32,000 nucleotides of DNA from positions 38,929-70,928 of the forward strand of contig NZ_SODD01000006.1 in assembly GCF_004365815.1 (NCBI RefSeq), in the 5' to 3' direction. The position numbers and the translations under genes were made by a program. Shown here in pieces: positions 31,888 through 32,000 of this stretch. The notes beneath the pieces are model-generated. The model made no database searches. It was not told the origin of the DNA and saw only the letters and a program-made list of their open reading frames with translations. This stretch comes from Breznakia blatticola (GTDB lineage Bacteria > Bacillota_I > Bacilli_A > Erysipelotrichales > Erysipelotrichaceae). Numbering within the stretch: the stretch's first letter is position 1; the number at the start of each line of letters is the position of its first letter.

Positions 31888-32000
31888 CTATGACAATATA
31901 ATATCGTCTTTCGGTTTCCCATGTTTTTTATTATGGTACTTACGTAAATTGAAGCCAATCCCTACAAGCTTCATTTCTACCTCGACACCACTTTCTCCTC
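31888..32000 (-). mobile_element. 3' end of a transposase gene (IS1182-like C-terminus?); the element continues beyond the right edge
   Basis: Manual minus-strand translation gives GESGVEVEMKLVGIGFNLRKYHNKKHGKPKDDIILS*. The V-x-x-E-x-x-L-x-x-x-x-x-N-L-x-K pattern resembles DDE transposase C-termini of the IS1182/IS5 type. Only 36 codons are visible. Confidence 0.35.

Noticed and set aside
1-32000. Prophage, defence island, toxin-antitoxin pairs, or rRNA/tRNA genes.
   Set aside because: No integrase, capsid or terminase, restriction-modification, Cas, or small paired TA-like ORFs were recognisable. The intergenic regions are too short and show no tRNA cloverleaf-like sequences. The only mobile-element signal is the partial transposase at the right edge.

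Overview
Low-GC Bacillota-type chromosomal segment; gene content and SPxTG sorting signals suggest a Clostridia/Erysipelotrichia-like gut Firmicute, but this is inference only. Coding is dense and mostly on the minus strand. From left to right the window contains: (1) a partial marR gene facing a polytopic membrane protein gene across a fully palindromic promoter/operator; (2) a stand-alone AAA+/DUF4143 ATPase; (3) a housekeeping block of tsaE-tsaB-rimI-tsaD, a FemAB-family transferase, a DUF402 Ntdp-like phosphatase, a GAF-type free Met-R-sulfoxide reductase, an AAC(3)-family acetyltransferase, a thioredoxin-like ORF, pgpA, a MATE exporter, and an MnmM-like methyltransferase carrying an extra C-terminal domain; (4) a tandem ~3.09 kb duplication encoding two ~970 aa paralogous cell-wall proteins with a signal peptide and an SPxTG sorting signal, each itself built from two homologous ~430 aa modules with no domain I can name; (5) an Fe-alcohol dehydrogenase and a complete mannose-family PTS (IIA, IIB, IIC, IID) lying directly downstream of a translationally coupled four-gene sensory operon (type-I sugar-binding protein, polytopic HisKA_3 kinase, LuxR-type response regulator, family-1 solute-binding protein) with no ABC permease or ATPase in the window; (6) an AraC/GyrI-like regulator with a DUF3788 gene; (7) DUF1287, DUF218 and luxS in one operon, a small membrane-anchored ORF, and a beta-lactamase-family serine hydrolase; (8) a strong bidirectional terminator and the 3' end of a transposase at the right edge. 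I saw no rRNA, tRNA, CRISPR array or prophage. The two best candidates for something undescribed are the dual-binding-protein four-component sensor coupled to the PTS, which shares a TGACA-N2-TGTCA palindrome at two promoters, and the duplicated, internally duplicated surface proteins. All product calls come from reading motifs in the supplied translations, and no database search was possible.
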